Both the position numbers and the translations under genes were made by a program. A stretch of 64,000 nt of DNA from assembly GCA_013239625.1 (NCBI GenBank), contig MU053873.1, positions 882,524 to 946,523 of the forward strand, written 5' to 3'. The notes beneath the pieces were generated by a model, which had not been told where the DNA came from, ran no database searches, and saw nothing but the letters and a program-made list of their open reading frames with translations. The first letter of the stretch is position 1, and each line of letters begins with the position of its first letter. Positions 23,946-34,603 of the stretch are shown piece by piece. This DNA comes from Lama guanicoe (lineage: Eukaryota).

Positions 23946-26900
23946 CCTCCCACTCCCAACCCCACAGTTGCTGCTCCCATGTCACCTCCTCCAGGAAGCC
24001 TTCCCAGACAGACCAGGGAACCCGCCAAAGACCACCCCCCACCAAAGCTCTCATCACTCCAACTTGACCTCCACAAAGCCATCTGCAGTCTCTAGCCCTG
24101 TGCCCCTATAAGCATCCGTCCTTCCCTCTGCCCAGTGTCTCATGCCCCTTCTCAAAGGATCCTCATGAGAACACTGAGGCCCAGAGACGAGAGGCTGGTG
24201 GTCCACACAGCAGGAGAAGGGTGGGGGATGGGAGAGCAGGGCACGGGATTCAAATCTCACCCTCAGCTGGGGACGGCTGTGAGAAGTTGGGGGGTTTCCC
24301 CGGGCTCCATTTCTGACTTCCTCTCCAAGGGGCTTGCTCCTTCATGACCCTCGCCCGAGGTCTGCTGGATCCACTGACCACAGGCCACATGGGCACAACC
24401 TCGCCTGACCCAGCCTAGCTCCCTTCCTGGGAATTTACTTTGCAAATGTAAATATTTGCTGCTGTTGGCCTGAGCCAGGGCTCAGGGCTGGGGCTGGGGC
24501 TGGGAGCTCCACAAACCCTCCAGCAGCCCTCTGGGAAGCCCCAGGCTGTGTCTGTCCTGGTCCTCCTTGGGGTAAAATGAAGTTCCCACTCATTTCCCTT
24601 GCACCCACCTAACGCCAGACCCGTGCCAGGAACCAGAGAGACGGAAGTAGTGGGGGAAGGGTGGGGGCCCCTGGAGCCACGTGGGAGCTCAGGAAGGTCG
24701 CAGGCAGAGAGGACAGCCACTGCGCAGGCTGAGGGCTGGAAGAGAAGGACAGTGTGACCAGGGCTAAAATGGAGTGAGGGCAGGGCTGGGGCACATAGCT
24801 GGGGAGCGGGGAGGGTGGAGAGGGGAGCCCCCCTGGCTGGGGGGGGGTGGAGGATGCACTGGCAGGGGTTGGAGGTGAGGGCCACCGAGCCTTCCAGCAG
24901 GGTGGCAGATATGGCAGATTCGTGCAGTGTTAAACCTGCGGGATTCTGAATCTGTACAGGAAGGCACCGCACCTGGCATCTGGTTAGAGCACCAAAGATG
25001 CTGCAGGAAGGGCCGGCCCTGGACAGCGGAGAGGCCGAGGCAAGGACAAATCATGTGCCCAGCATGGAGGAGGCAGCCGCTCTCCTCCCTCTCATCATTA
25101 TGACCGCAGAAGGGTCTGAGGAAGGGGTACGCTGCAGACCTCGGGTCCAAGCACTTGAGAGAATCCTGCCCACAATGCTTGCTTGCTGTGTGACCTTGTG
25201 TGAGACCCATACCCTCCCTGAGCCTCACTTTCATTATCTGGACAATGGGGCTAATGGGTGAGAGATCATGTCACCCAGAAGCAGGGTGACATGGTGGCCA
25301 CTACAGTCCTGCCCTTAGAAGAGCCCAACAGCCCAGGCCACTGAGTGGGTCAGGACAGCCCACATGACACATTTTGGCCTTGGCCTTTCCTCGCCTGTTG
25401 TTTCTGGTAGGAGTGGACAGCCAGGTGACAGCCTCAGCCAGTCACCCTCTCTGCCATCCAGCCCCACGTCCCAAGGCCCGGAGGCACTGACAGATGGACT
25501 CAGGCTGGTCCCAGTCCTAGCTCTCACATGCTGAGTGGCCCCAGGCCAGCCCCCTCGCCTCTCTGAGCCTCGTTTCTCCACCTGTAAAAAGAGGCCCATT
25601 CTAGCCCCTTCCTCATGGTTGTCATGAACATCAGAGCCCATCCTCACTCATCATCGCAGAATCAACATTCCCATTATGCAGATGGAAAACTGGCCTCATG
25701 AACATCAAATCTAGAGACTAGAGGCCTGTTTGCTGAGCAGCTGACTGAGAAGTGGGGTCTCAGAGGTGGGAAGCAGGGCAGAATACCCAGCACAGGGGGC
25801 TGAAGGGGAGAGGAAGACATTTATTAAGTAGCAACGGTGGAGGTGAGTCTCTGGTCCAGATAGAGACGGGGTTCAGAGTGGTGAAGGGCTTGCCCCAGGT
25901 CACACAGCAGAGCACAGCTGATCCAAGGCTGGATTGTGGAATGACAGACGTTCCCTTTCCCTCTTTGGCTCACTTGGGGCCCTGTTGCCTCTGGTGATGC
26001 AGCTCTTTGGCCCCAGGTCATGTCACAGCACTGGACAGACCAAGAGGGCAGTCACCAGCAAGGGAAACAGTTGGGGAAGCCAAGCCTGGAGCTGGCTGTT
26101 GTAGGAAGAGCAAGGCCAGGCATGGGTCAGCAGTGTCCTCATGCTTCCCCGCCTGCCCATTCCTAGGGGATGGGTTTTCCAGAGTGGTTTTCCAGAATAT
26201 CGAGGCCTGGGCATCCCTTTACTCAGCTCCGACCTGCAGCTGGGGAAGAGGCCCTTCTTGTCCCACTGGATATCATGTGCTGTCCACCTCGGCTGCCACA
26301 CCACCTGCAGGGTCTTTTCTGCTTCATTTCATTCCTGCAATGTCCCTGGGAGGGAGACGATATGATCCTGCCCATTTCACAGGTGAGGACACTGAGGCTC
26401 AGTGCAGGAGAGCCCCGCACTGTTGCAAGAGCACAAGGTTGCGTGGTGACCCTTAGGGAACTCGCCCCTCCCTCCAAGTGGGCACAAGACGGGCACCGCC
26501 TGAACTGCAGCCTCCCCAGCCCCCAGCCCCCAGCCCGATGCCCTTGCACGACTTGCACATGGCACGGGGAGTCCCCCGCCCAAGGCCACACAGCTGGTGT
26601 GCAGTGCAGCTGGCCTGGCCCGCGAAGCCCTCAAGACCCTGCAGAGGGAGACTTCGGGGCTGGCCTGTCCCCAGTCCTCGTCTTGCACCCTCACCTCACC
26701 ATCAGCAGAGCCCTGGCCTTTAGCTTGGCTCCTGGACAAATGGCCTCCAGCTGCTGGACTCAAGGGCACCTGCGCTGCCCCCACCTGTCCTCTCACCACA
26801 CCTGCACTGATGGCCCCACCGGCGAAGGTCTGCCCTTGGGAGGGGAGCCAGGGGCAGAGTGGCCTATGTCTAGGCAGGCCCTGCTCTGCACCAGGGGGGT

Positions 26901-29900
26901 GAGGACCCGCCCCCTCCTCACCACCAGCCCCTCCTGGCTGGCTCCTCTCCTGTTCCAAGGGCCCACTGCCTTCCCCTCTGTTTTCCATCCTCCCACACCC
27001 ACCTTGGTGGCTGCCTCTCTGTATGGGACCCCCGCTGGGCATCGGGCAGCTCTCCTCTGTCTCTAGTCCCCCGCAACATGGAAACTGCTAGGCCCCCACC
27101 CTGCCCCACTCTGTGGTCCGTCTGCCCCCTACCCCATCTGACTCTGGGCATGCGACCACCTCTCTGGGCCTCTGCCACCCCATCTGTGAACTGGGGCTGT
27201 AGTAGGGTCCTGGAGGGTGAAGCATGTAATCTCTCAAGAAGCACCCATGAATGGTTCTGGCAGCACCTGCTGTCTCAATTTGTAAGCCGTTTTACTCGTT
27301 CTTGTTCCTGGAATCATAATGTACCTTTCAACCAACGTTCACATTCACGTGCTGCCTGGGGACCTGAATGCCTCTTTCCATTGAGGGGCCCACAGGCCTG
27401 GTTCTCAGGCTGGCTGTGGCCAGTCCATCCTCTTTATGGCCATTCTTGGGAGCACAGTCCTTGTTGCCCCAAATCTTCCACTCACGGGGTTCAGCCCGAC
27501 AGTGAGGGTGGATGCAGCCTGGACTGCTCAGCAGAGGCAGCTGCCCAGGAGCCAATGGGAGGAGACGGCTCTCTGGGTAACTGTGTGGCCAGGCTCCGGG
27601 AGGTGCCGGCTGCCTCCTCTGTGCCCCTCCTGGGTGCTCGGCCCCAGGGCATCCGAGCTGCACACAGAAACTCTGCCTGGGACACACTCCACACACAGGG
27701 TGCCCAGCAGAGTCCTCCCATCCCTGAGGGCCTGGGGGAAGCCAGGCAGACCTGGGATCTAATCCTGCCACTTATCCCAAGCCTCGGTTTCTCACCTGCA
27801 GGATGGGCGTAACCCTCCCCTTGCTGACCCACTGCCCCGACAAGTGGTGCTTTGCTTCCCTGAAGTGTTACCACCTCCCATGGAAACGTCCACATCGGCT
27901 TTCCTCAAATTTGGAGGAAAGGCTTGGGATGTGCGACTTAAGATGTACACGACACAGCATGTATGGAACCTCCTCCAGGGGTTCTCACAATCCCCCAAAA
28001 GGCAGGCGGTCGACACCCGTGGGACAGCAGACACCCATGGAGGCCGGGCTGCGTCTCACCGGTAGCTCTGTGCAGTGGGCCTGGCACGCGTGGCACTGTG
28101 TCCCACAGCACCGATCGGCTGAGAAGAGGCACCCAGCTCGCACCACAGGGCAATCCTACCTTCCTCGCAGCTTGCCCCCGAGTACCCGGGGCAGCACCTC
28201 CACTCGCGGGCCGTCACCGTCTTGTACATCACCTTGTATGTGGGTCTCACCACGGTCCTGTAGCTGAAAGAGTGCCCAGGTGGCCTGGCTCAGACAGGGC
28301 CTTCCACCATCTCTCCCACTGTCCATGAGGACAAGCCCAGAGCCTTCAGGGTCCTCTGCCACCTCTATCCCCCTCTGGAGCCTCTTTCCACCTGCATTCT
28401 GGGGTTCAGCCCGCCCATCCTCTCCCCAGTCCTCAGCCGAGGGGATCTAGAGACCAACTGGACAGGAAGCCCTCATGAGCTGTTCCCAGCGGTAAATGCT
28501 CACTAAGTAAAGGCGTGTGGGTGAATGGTGGAATCTCTCCTCCAGGAAGCCCTCCAGGGTGGCCCAAGCGCACAAGGGGAGGTGCCGAGAATGGCCAATG
28601 GGCAATGGTTCCTCTGTCCACCCACTCTTGGGGTCCCAGGCTTCCCCTGCACTCCCGATGCCACCCCAGCACCAACACTGGGACTAGGCTGTGCCCCCAC
28701 CAGGAACGCCAGCAGCTCCTTCTCCACATGGTCTCACTTACCTGTTCCCAGGGCAGCTCATAGGCCAGGGGCAATTCTGCAGCACTCGCTGAAGGTAGGT
28801 GCCATTCTGCACATGGCACGACACGGTGCGGGTCACCACGTATGAGCACCAGTTCCTGAAATAGACCCACAGAGAAGACGCTCAGGTGCCACACACACCC
28901 CCGTGTTCTCTTCAGGAGCCCCACGTCTCCAGGCAGAGAGACCACTGAGCTCTCAGAGTCCCCTGGGCCCTCGTGGGAGTCCCTGTGCTACCATGGCTGA
29001 GCAGTGATTTCAGCGGGGGCGGCTGTGCTGGGGGGTCTTGGGGAATGAGCGGCAGAGGCACATGGAAGCACGGCATTTTCACTGGGGCTCTTCCTCTGCA
29101 ACATCTCTCCAGCCCTCACCTGCCCAGGCCACCACTGCCCCAGCCTCCCACCTAGACAACGGCAGTGGCCCCTCCACCTTGCCCCTCAGTCTCCCCCCAG
29201 ATGGAGGGTCAGACAATGGAAACCTGGCCGTGTCCCTTGCCTATCCCCACCCTCAGCCCTCCATGTCTCCTGTGCCCACACTTGTCGGGGATCCCTCACC
29301 TCCAGGTCTTCGCTCGTGCAGGGCCTGCTGCCTGAAGCACCCTTCCCCCACCTCCCCAGGTGGCACCTCCTCCCTTCAAAGTCCTGCTGTGCTGTCACCT
29401 CTCCCTTTGTCCTCTCCCACTTCCACCCCCATCTGAGCAGAACTGATGGTTCCCTGCCCCGGATCCGCAATGCTCTGTATACCTGACATGCTGAATTGAG
29501 CTGGTGATTCACGTCTACCACCTCCCTCCCCATGGCATGTAAGAGAGACGCCCTGTCTCACTTATCTTCAGGTCCCTCTGTGTGACAGGATGCACAATCA
29601 ACATTCCAAGTGTGGAGGACTGACTTCTCCAAATGCCAACTAATAATCACTGTGCACTGCACATATTGAGCACCTACTGCATGCCAAAAGTATTTACATC
29701 ACCTTCCCACATTAGTGAGCCAGGAAAGCACCACCCCACCCCATTCCCATTTAACAGAGGGGTAAACTGAGGCTCAGGGAGGGAAGACAACTTTTCATGT
29801 CACAGAGCTGGTGCATGGCGGACTGGATTTTAACCCAGGAATGTAGGGGCTCAGCCCAGCCCCCGACTCCATGCCAGAGGCCTCAGATCCTGTCTCCTCC

Positions 29901-32900
29901 CCACCTCCTGAGCCACGGTCTGTGGCTCTGTGAAGTCCCCAGCCTGGGAACCTGCTGACCCCAGGCTCCAGGCCACAAAGGAAAGTCTGGTGGGGTGGGG
30001 GCTCAAGCTGAGAAGGGTCACCTGAAACGGCCTCTCCTTTCCCAGCCCTGGCAAAACACGCAGGCCCGTGACCCCGTGCAGGGCTGAGGGCTGGTGAGCA
30101 CCTGGAATGTCCCAGCCATCATGGGGGTGCCCACCACCACCTAAACCCAGCCCCCAGCTGCTGCTCCGCCCCAACCCTGGCCCACCTGAAGGAGAGTCCT
30201 TGGAGGGGACCAGTCGACACACTCGCTATGCGGCTCTGGGGAAGTCCCTGTACTGTTCTGTGTCATACTGTGCCTGCTTGGGAGACATGGAGCTAGGGGC
30301 TGGCTAGCAGACTTTTTTTTTTTCTGGCTAGCAGACATTTTAGACACTCAGATCAGGTAGGGTTCAAGGTCAGCCCCTCATGCCCTCCACGTTGGGGGTA
30401 GGGCACCAATAACTATGCCCCTCCCTCACTGGCCTTGAAGATGCAGCCCCACTATCCCCAGGATACGTCTGTACGTATCCTGGCCTGGCTCCACCGCCCT
30501 CCCACCTGTCCGTCTACTTTCCGGGGCTCTGCTGGCCTGGAGTCCACAGCCCATCGCCCTGCAAGTGCTGATGCTCTGTCTGTCACACTTGTGTGGCTGC
30601 TTTTCCACCCTCCTGCCCTCCCTCCTGTGTGCATGTTTTCCCATCTCAGATCTTTGCATTCAAGATTCCTTCTGCCTGGAAAGCCCTTCCCCTGCCCAGC
30701 AAACTCCTATTCATCCTTTGGGTCTCAGTCCTGAGGTCCCGGGCACAGTTGGGCAACTGCAGGGGCCCTCCTCAGCCACTCACAGCAGCCCTGAGCTTTT
30801 TCCTCTCCAGAAGGTGCTGGGAGAGGGCACTGGCAGGGACTAAGCCAGTATGGGGCTCAGCCTGAGGGCACGAGGTTTGCTGAATGACTGAATGACTGAC
30901 AACAAACAGTGGCCCTGGGCAGAGGAGCCAGGACCCAGGTTCCCAGAGATGGGCGCAGTCCTTCCTGCTGCCCTTGGGAGCTTCTTTTCGGGGGTATGGT
31001 TGGTGACAAGCTGCCCGAGAACCCGGTGAGGCTGGGTTAGCTCCCGTGGGATGGGGCAATGGCAAGGGCTGGGAGCAGCCTGCAGGTCTCTGCTGGGCCT
31101 GCCACTTCTGCCCACTCAGCACCTCCTGGGCCCCCAGAGGCAGCCCACTGGGAGGAGAGAAAACAGGCCAGACCAGCTCGGCCTGGCATCGGCCACCCTC
31201 ACTAGGGCCCCCCACCTGCCCTCCACCCCCTGCCACGAGGGGCCCAGGGGACTTTGTCTCCATGAGGCTCAGGGCTGTGATCCGGAACAGTGATAGGGGC
31301 TAATTGCAGGAGGCAGTGAAGCGGGCCGGGGTCCAAGGGCCGTTATGAAAAGCAGAGGAAAGAAAGAAGACATACAGGATGGGGGCAGCTGAACAGAGCC
31401 AGAACCTCACACCAGAGGTGAAGCTCCAGTCCTGGTCTGCTGCTCCCTAACTTGGTGACCTTCGACACGGCCCTGACCCTCTCTGGGCCTCACTTTGTCC
31501 ATCTGCAAATGGGAACAAGAGAACCCTTGCCAGCAGGGGAGGTTTCACTCAAAGCCCGGAGCACAGCGCTGATGGCTATTGGTAATTCTTGTTCCTGGAC
31601 TGTGAACGGGCCCTACACCAGGCAGCTGTGGTCCAGGTGCTTCCCTGAGGGACACCAGCACCGCACCTTCCGCACAAGGCCCTCCCCTTTACTTCGGGAT
31701 AGGAACTGTTAGGCTCTGCATTTTACAGAGGAGAAAACTGAGGCTCTGAGAGAAGTCACCTGCCCAGGTCACCCCCATGGGTTTAGTGCTGGGATTTGAG
31801 GTCCCAGGAGAGGAACTGCTGTGGAAGAAAATTCTCCACTCTCCTTGAATCTTGGATTTGCCTGAAGGAAGCCAGGACTGCAGGGGGGAAAGGCCTGGGC
31901 CAGGACACCAGGGATGGCTTCAAATCTAGAGCCACAGCACTGAGATGCTGAGTTGGGTCCTTAAAGGAACCGGGCCTGATTCAGGCTTGAAGGGACCTCA
32001 GAGGGGCAGGAAGCAGCCCCACCAGGGACCAGGGGGCAGATGGGGCAGAGACAAGCCAAGGCAGCTCTGCACAGCTCCCGGGCACCCTGGTTCCGGGGGT
32101 CTAAAAGTCCTACCACATTCTTGGGCCTGGGGGCGGCCCTTTGGATGCCTTCCCGGGCCTCCCCCTCCCCAGGCACAAAGCCTCTTTTCTGCCTCTGGTC
32201 CCTCGGCTGCCAAGGGGCGCCTGGGGCGCCGGGCTGGGGGTGGAGGGAGGGCTGATGGGGCGCGACATCCCCATGCTGTCTCCGGCGATGCTGGGATGGG
32301 GCCACAAGGGGAGTTCCTGGCAGCCGAGAACCACAGATTCCTCTGGCTAGGGGTCCCTTCCCCCACCTAATGTTAGTGATAGCAGGAACCACTGTCCTTT
32401 CACATGGGGGGCTGTCCTCAGAGCAGACCCATGAGCAAGGGATGAAGGGAAGGAAAGAGGGGCACAGTGAGGAAACTGGGAGGGGAACTGAGACCCAGGG
32501 CAGTGAAGTGATCGGCCAGGCTCACACACTGAGTGGGTGAAAGAGTCAGGAATAAAACCCTGCTCTATCTGAGGCCACAGCTGCCTAATCCCTAACCATG
32601 ACCTGCAAACCTTTCCCAGCACCCTAAGCTGACCACTGCTCTCCCTCCTCCAGGAGAGCCACTGGGGTGACAAGAACACTGTCTCTGGAAACTGCCTGCT
32701 TTGGATTGAGGTACCACCTCTCCTCTCTGGGCCTCAGTCTTCTTATCTGTAAAATAGGAGCAACAGCATTGCCTACAGGGCTTTCATGATGCTCAGGCCA
32801 CTGTGAGCCTCGTATGAATAGATGGGGTGACAGTCACCATCCTGCTCCCACACCGGAAGCCCTAGGGGGCAAGGAAGCCAGGCTGGGAGGCCCTGCTGCA

Positions 32901-34463
32901 GTGAACTGGCTGAAGGGTAGCCCAGGCCTTAGGCCCTCTCAACCATCATCCTGAGTTTGACACTGGGAATTCTGAGTTCAGAGTCTTGGTCATTACAGCA
33001 TCTAGGACCCTGGGAGTTCACAAACATGCCCTGAGCAGGTCACATGCCCTCTCTAAGCCTCAGCTTCCTCCTCTCTGAAATGAGGACCATAAAAATGTGT
33101 GCCTCCCATGGCAGTCAGGAAAACCCCAGAAGCGATGGATACAGGTAAAATGTCAGCCCGGGTCAGGTATGGTCGGCCCGCATGGTGGTGGCTTTGACAT
33201 CTGCCATCAGTCAGTCCCTGTCTCAGGCAACTGCTCCTCTGGCCTCTGACGCCTTTGCCACCTCTGCCCTCCAGCCTTGCCCATGTCACCTGGTCTTGCA
33301 AGCCCAGCAGGGGCATGCTGGCCCCTGACCACTGGGAAAGGGGAATTTCTGAAAGGAATTAAAGAACTGAAGCCGTAGGGGGTGGGGGCCGGGCAGGCCT
33401 TTGAATGGGATGAAAAGGCCTGGAGAGGCCTGGCTACTCTGTATTGTCTGCCTTAGACAACAGCGGCTGGCCTTTGAGAGGGGACCCCAGCAGGGGCAGG
33501 GGCAGGGGCAGGGGCTACATCCAGGACTGGGCAGGTTCAAATCGTGTCATCAAGGCCAGAAAGACACAGATTCGAATCCCAGCTCTATGGCCAATGAGCC
33601 TAGAAGAGTATGTTAATTCTCTAGGGCCTCAATTTGCTCATCTGGTAAATGGGGACAATGACACTACCTGTTACTTCAGGGTAAAAATTACCTTGAAGGA
33701 TTAATGATGACATTGCATGTAAAAGGCCCCCCTCACTAGTACTGGAGGACACCCCAGAAACACCAGGAGAATGTTCCCTACTCCTGGAAGAGTGGCAGGA
33801 AGACAGAGACTTCCTCCCATCTCAGTCCAAAATGCCAGGTCCCTGGGGGCCCGCACTGACCCTGGGTCTGTGAAACTCCACCCCAGTCTTTCTCCTTCAA
33901 GGGAAATAAATTGCCAGGGTACTGAAAAAAAGCCAGGAGCATCGTAAAGTGGGGAGGGTCCCCAAAGTGTCAGTTAGAGGGGGTCCTGGGCTTGTCCTAT
34001 GTGCAGGGAGGGAGCTCTTGGGCGAGGGCCGGGGAAGTTCTGGAGGTATCCTGCCTCTTGCCTCTTCCCCCTGCCCCGGGGCTCCAGAGTTAAAGTGCTG
34101 GTGGGTGGAGAAGGCTGTCTCCCGATATGCTAAGTAGGGACCCCGGGGACCCCCACCCCGTGCACTACATTGCCGGGAGCTTCTGCCAGACAGCGGGGAG
34201 GCCCGGGGTCCCTGCCCCCACCCGCACTGGCAGTGAGGTGGGGAAGCGGGTCCTTTTCCCAATCTCGGGGTTGCACGGAGGTTGCGGGGGAGGGTGCCTG
34301 GAGTCCCGATCCCCAACCCCGGGTTGGTAGGGGACAGAGGTGGTGTGCGGGGCAGCCCTTACCTGCGTGCAGAGAACGGGGCTCCCCCGACGCTCCACGC
34401 GGCGCTGCCTCCGGGGAGCAGGAGCCCGAAGCAGAGCAGCGCCCAGGCCTGCGGGCCGCCCAT
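1095..34463 (-). CDS. EMID1: EMID1 spliced CDS, 15 coding exons, 439 aa (441 aa with alternative exon 14b): signal peptide, EMI domain, coiled coil, collagen-like Gly-X-Y segments, C-terminal coiled coil
   Basis: Exons joined by hand with GT-AG sites and matching phases (101+114+104+84+62+121+90+147+81+53+63+45+45+85+125=1320 nt). The peptides [52 protein letters not shown] and LLRGKRGG match EMID1 as I recall it. Confidence 0.96.
4480..4570 (-). CDS. EMID1: EMID1 candidate alternative exon 14b ([30 protein letters not shown]), mutually exclusive with 14a
   Basis: 91 nt, same phase 0-1 as 14a; acceptor tcttctcgatctcccatcag, donor CAG|GTAAC; 8 of 15 aa identical to the 14a core. Confidence 0.78.
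4860..5220. repeat. Degenerate ~36-45 bp tandem array with core TTACCCAYAATYCCYYG (ZNF143/Staf-like)
   Basis: Cores near 4900, 4973, 5022, 5061, 5097, 5135 and 5202, plus degenerate units. Confidence 0.75.
5429..5513 (-). CDS. EMID1: EMID1 exon 14a, canonical C-terminal coiled coil ([28 protein letters not shown])
   Basis: 85 nt, phase 0-1, acceptor ccacag, donor G|GTGAG; motif shared with COL26A1/EMID2. Confidence 0.95.
6900..7520 (+). mobile_element. Old L1 3'-end fragment (L1MC-like)
   Basis: AT-rich; motifs such as ctgttctaggttgaaagagact and cattttggggacaactgg; recognised from memory. Confidence 0.55.
7560..8400 (+). mobile_element. L2 LINE fragment
   Basis: Pyrimidine-rich L2 3'-region motifs (tgtgatcac...ttcaatgactccccactg...aaattcctcagcttggcc). 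Confidence 0.55.
9440..10060. repeat. Degenerate minisatellite with recurring GGTTTCTAGGCCTCCCTTCCCA-like core
   Basis: About 9-10 recurrences of (G)TTTCTAGG-like words at roughly 45-70 bp spacing. Confidence 0.65.
10472..10516 (-). CDS. EMID1: EMID1 exon 13 ([15 protein letters not shown])
   Basis: 45-nt phase 0 exon, acceptor ctgcag, donor TGG|GTAAG. Confidence 0.93.
11259..11342 (+). mobile_element. tRNA-Ala-derived SINE, internally deleted
   Basis: B-box gggttcaatcccc, A tail, TSD AAAAAATTCAT. Confidence 0.75.
11458..11585 (-). mobile_element. tRNA-Ala-derived SINE
   Basis: Reverse complement of GGGGAGGGTATAGCTC...TTCAATCCCCAGTACCTCC. Confidence 0.8.
12913..12999 (+). mobile_element. 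tRNA-Ala-derived SINE
   Basis: A and B boxes; TSD AAGAAAT(T/A)CTCTAATCC at 12896-12912 and 13000-13016. Confidence 0.85.
13280..13421 (+). mobile_element. tRNA-Ala-derived SINE
   Basis: tagctcaagtggtagagc...gggttcaatcccc, polyA, TSD AAG(G/A)TTCTATTTCTT. Confidence 0.85.
14583..14712 (+). mobile_element. tRNA-Ala-derived SINE
   Basis: GGGGAGGGTATAGCTC head, B box, aaataaa-cctaattacctcccc tail. Confidence 0.85.
14790..14890 (-). mobile_element. tRNA-Ala-derived SINE
   Basis: Reverse-complement SINE head; flanked by the imperfect repeat ggt(a/g)tggct(a/g)ttt. Confidence 0.8.
15369..15413 (-). CDS. EMID1: EMID1 exon 12 ([15 protein letters not shown])
   Basis: 45-nt phase 0 collagen exon, donor GTAAGT. 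Confidence 0.92.
15516..15578 (-). CDS. EMID1: EMID1 exon 11 ([21 protein letters not shown])
   Basis: 63-nt phase 0 collagen exon, donor GTGAG. Confidence 0.92.
15875..15990. repeat. (GAAT)n/(GGAT)n/(GGGT)n simple repeat
   Basis: Seen directly. Confidence 0.8.
16010..16062 (-). CDS. EMID1: EMID1 exon 10 ([18 protein letters not shown])
   Basis: Gly-X-Y repeats, acceptor ttccag, donor ATG|GTGAG. Confidence 0.92.
16203..16283 (-). CDS. EMID1: EMID1 exon 9 ([27 protein letters not shown])
   Basis: Phase 1-1, donor G|GTAAG. Confidence 0.92.
17230..17376 (-). CDS. EMID1: EMID1 exon 8, collagen-like ([49 protein letters not shown])
   Basis: Gly-X-Y repeats, acceptor ttgcag, donor G|GTGAG. Confidence 0.94.
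18152..18241 (-). CDS. EMID1: EMID1 exon 7, collagen-like ([31 protein letters not shown])
   Basis: Gly-X-Y repeats, canonical splice sites. Confidence 0.93.
18557..18677 (-). CDS. EMID1: EMID1 exon 6 ([40 protein letters not shown])
   Basis: Acceptor ccacag, donor G|GTGAG, phase 0-1. Confidence 0.9.
20076..20137 (-). CDS. EMID1: EMID1 exon 5, coiled coil ([21 protein letters not shown])
   Basis: CxxC plus heptad repeat, acceptor ccatag, donor AAG|GTGGG. Confidence 0.93.
21153..21236 (-). CDS. EMID1: EMID1 exon 4 ([29 protein letters not shown])
   Basis: Phase 1-1 exon. A second in-frame acceptor 6 nt downstream would start the exon at 21230. Confidence 0.88.
22410..22570 (-). mobile_element. 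MIR SINE fragment (representative; similar fragments near 3660, 16650, 25200, 29700, 31720, 32730, 33600, 35000-35170, 51530-51790, 55720, 56650)
   Basis: MIR core tttacagat..ggaaactgaggc. Confidence 0.65.
23905..23940. repeat. (CA)18 microsatellite
   Basis: Seen directly. Confidence 0.97.
28160..28263 (-). CDS. EMID1: EMID1 exon 3, EMI domain C-half ([34 protein letters not shown])
   Basis: Hallmark WRCCPG motif, acceptor tttcag, donor G|GTAGG. Confidence 0.96.
28742..28855 (-). CDS. EMID1: EMID1 exon 2, EMI domain N-half ([38 protein letters not shown])
   Basis: Acceptor tttcag, donor AG|GTAAG, EMI-domain cysteine pattern. Confidence 0.95.
34363..34463 (-). CDS. EMID1: EMID1 coding exon 1 (signal peptide [34 protein letters not shown])
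   Basis: ATG in strong Kozak context (GCAGCATGG), hydrophobic leader, donor AG|GTAAG. Confidence 0.93.
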
Positions 34464-34547
34464 GCTGCGCCCGGCGCCCTCCGCGCGCGGCCCCTCGCCG
34501 TCGCCCCCAGCCTGGCGTCCCCCCTCGCCCGCCGGCCCTCGCCGCCC

Positions 34548-34603
34548 NNNNNNNNNNNNNNNNNNNNNNNNNNNNNNNNNNNNNNNNNNNNNNNNNNNNN
34601 NNN
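34548..34603. other. Assembly gap (56 N)
   Basis: Run of N characters. Confidence 1.

Noticed and set aside
33493..33514. G-quadruplex-like (GGGGCA)n run, also near 24485-24504
   Set aside because: Such runs are expected by chance at this GC content, and nothing else supports a function.
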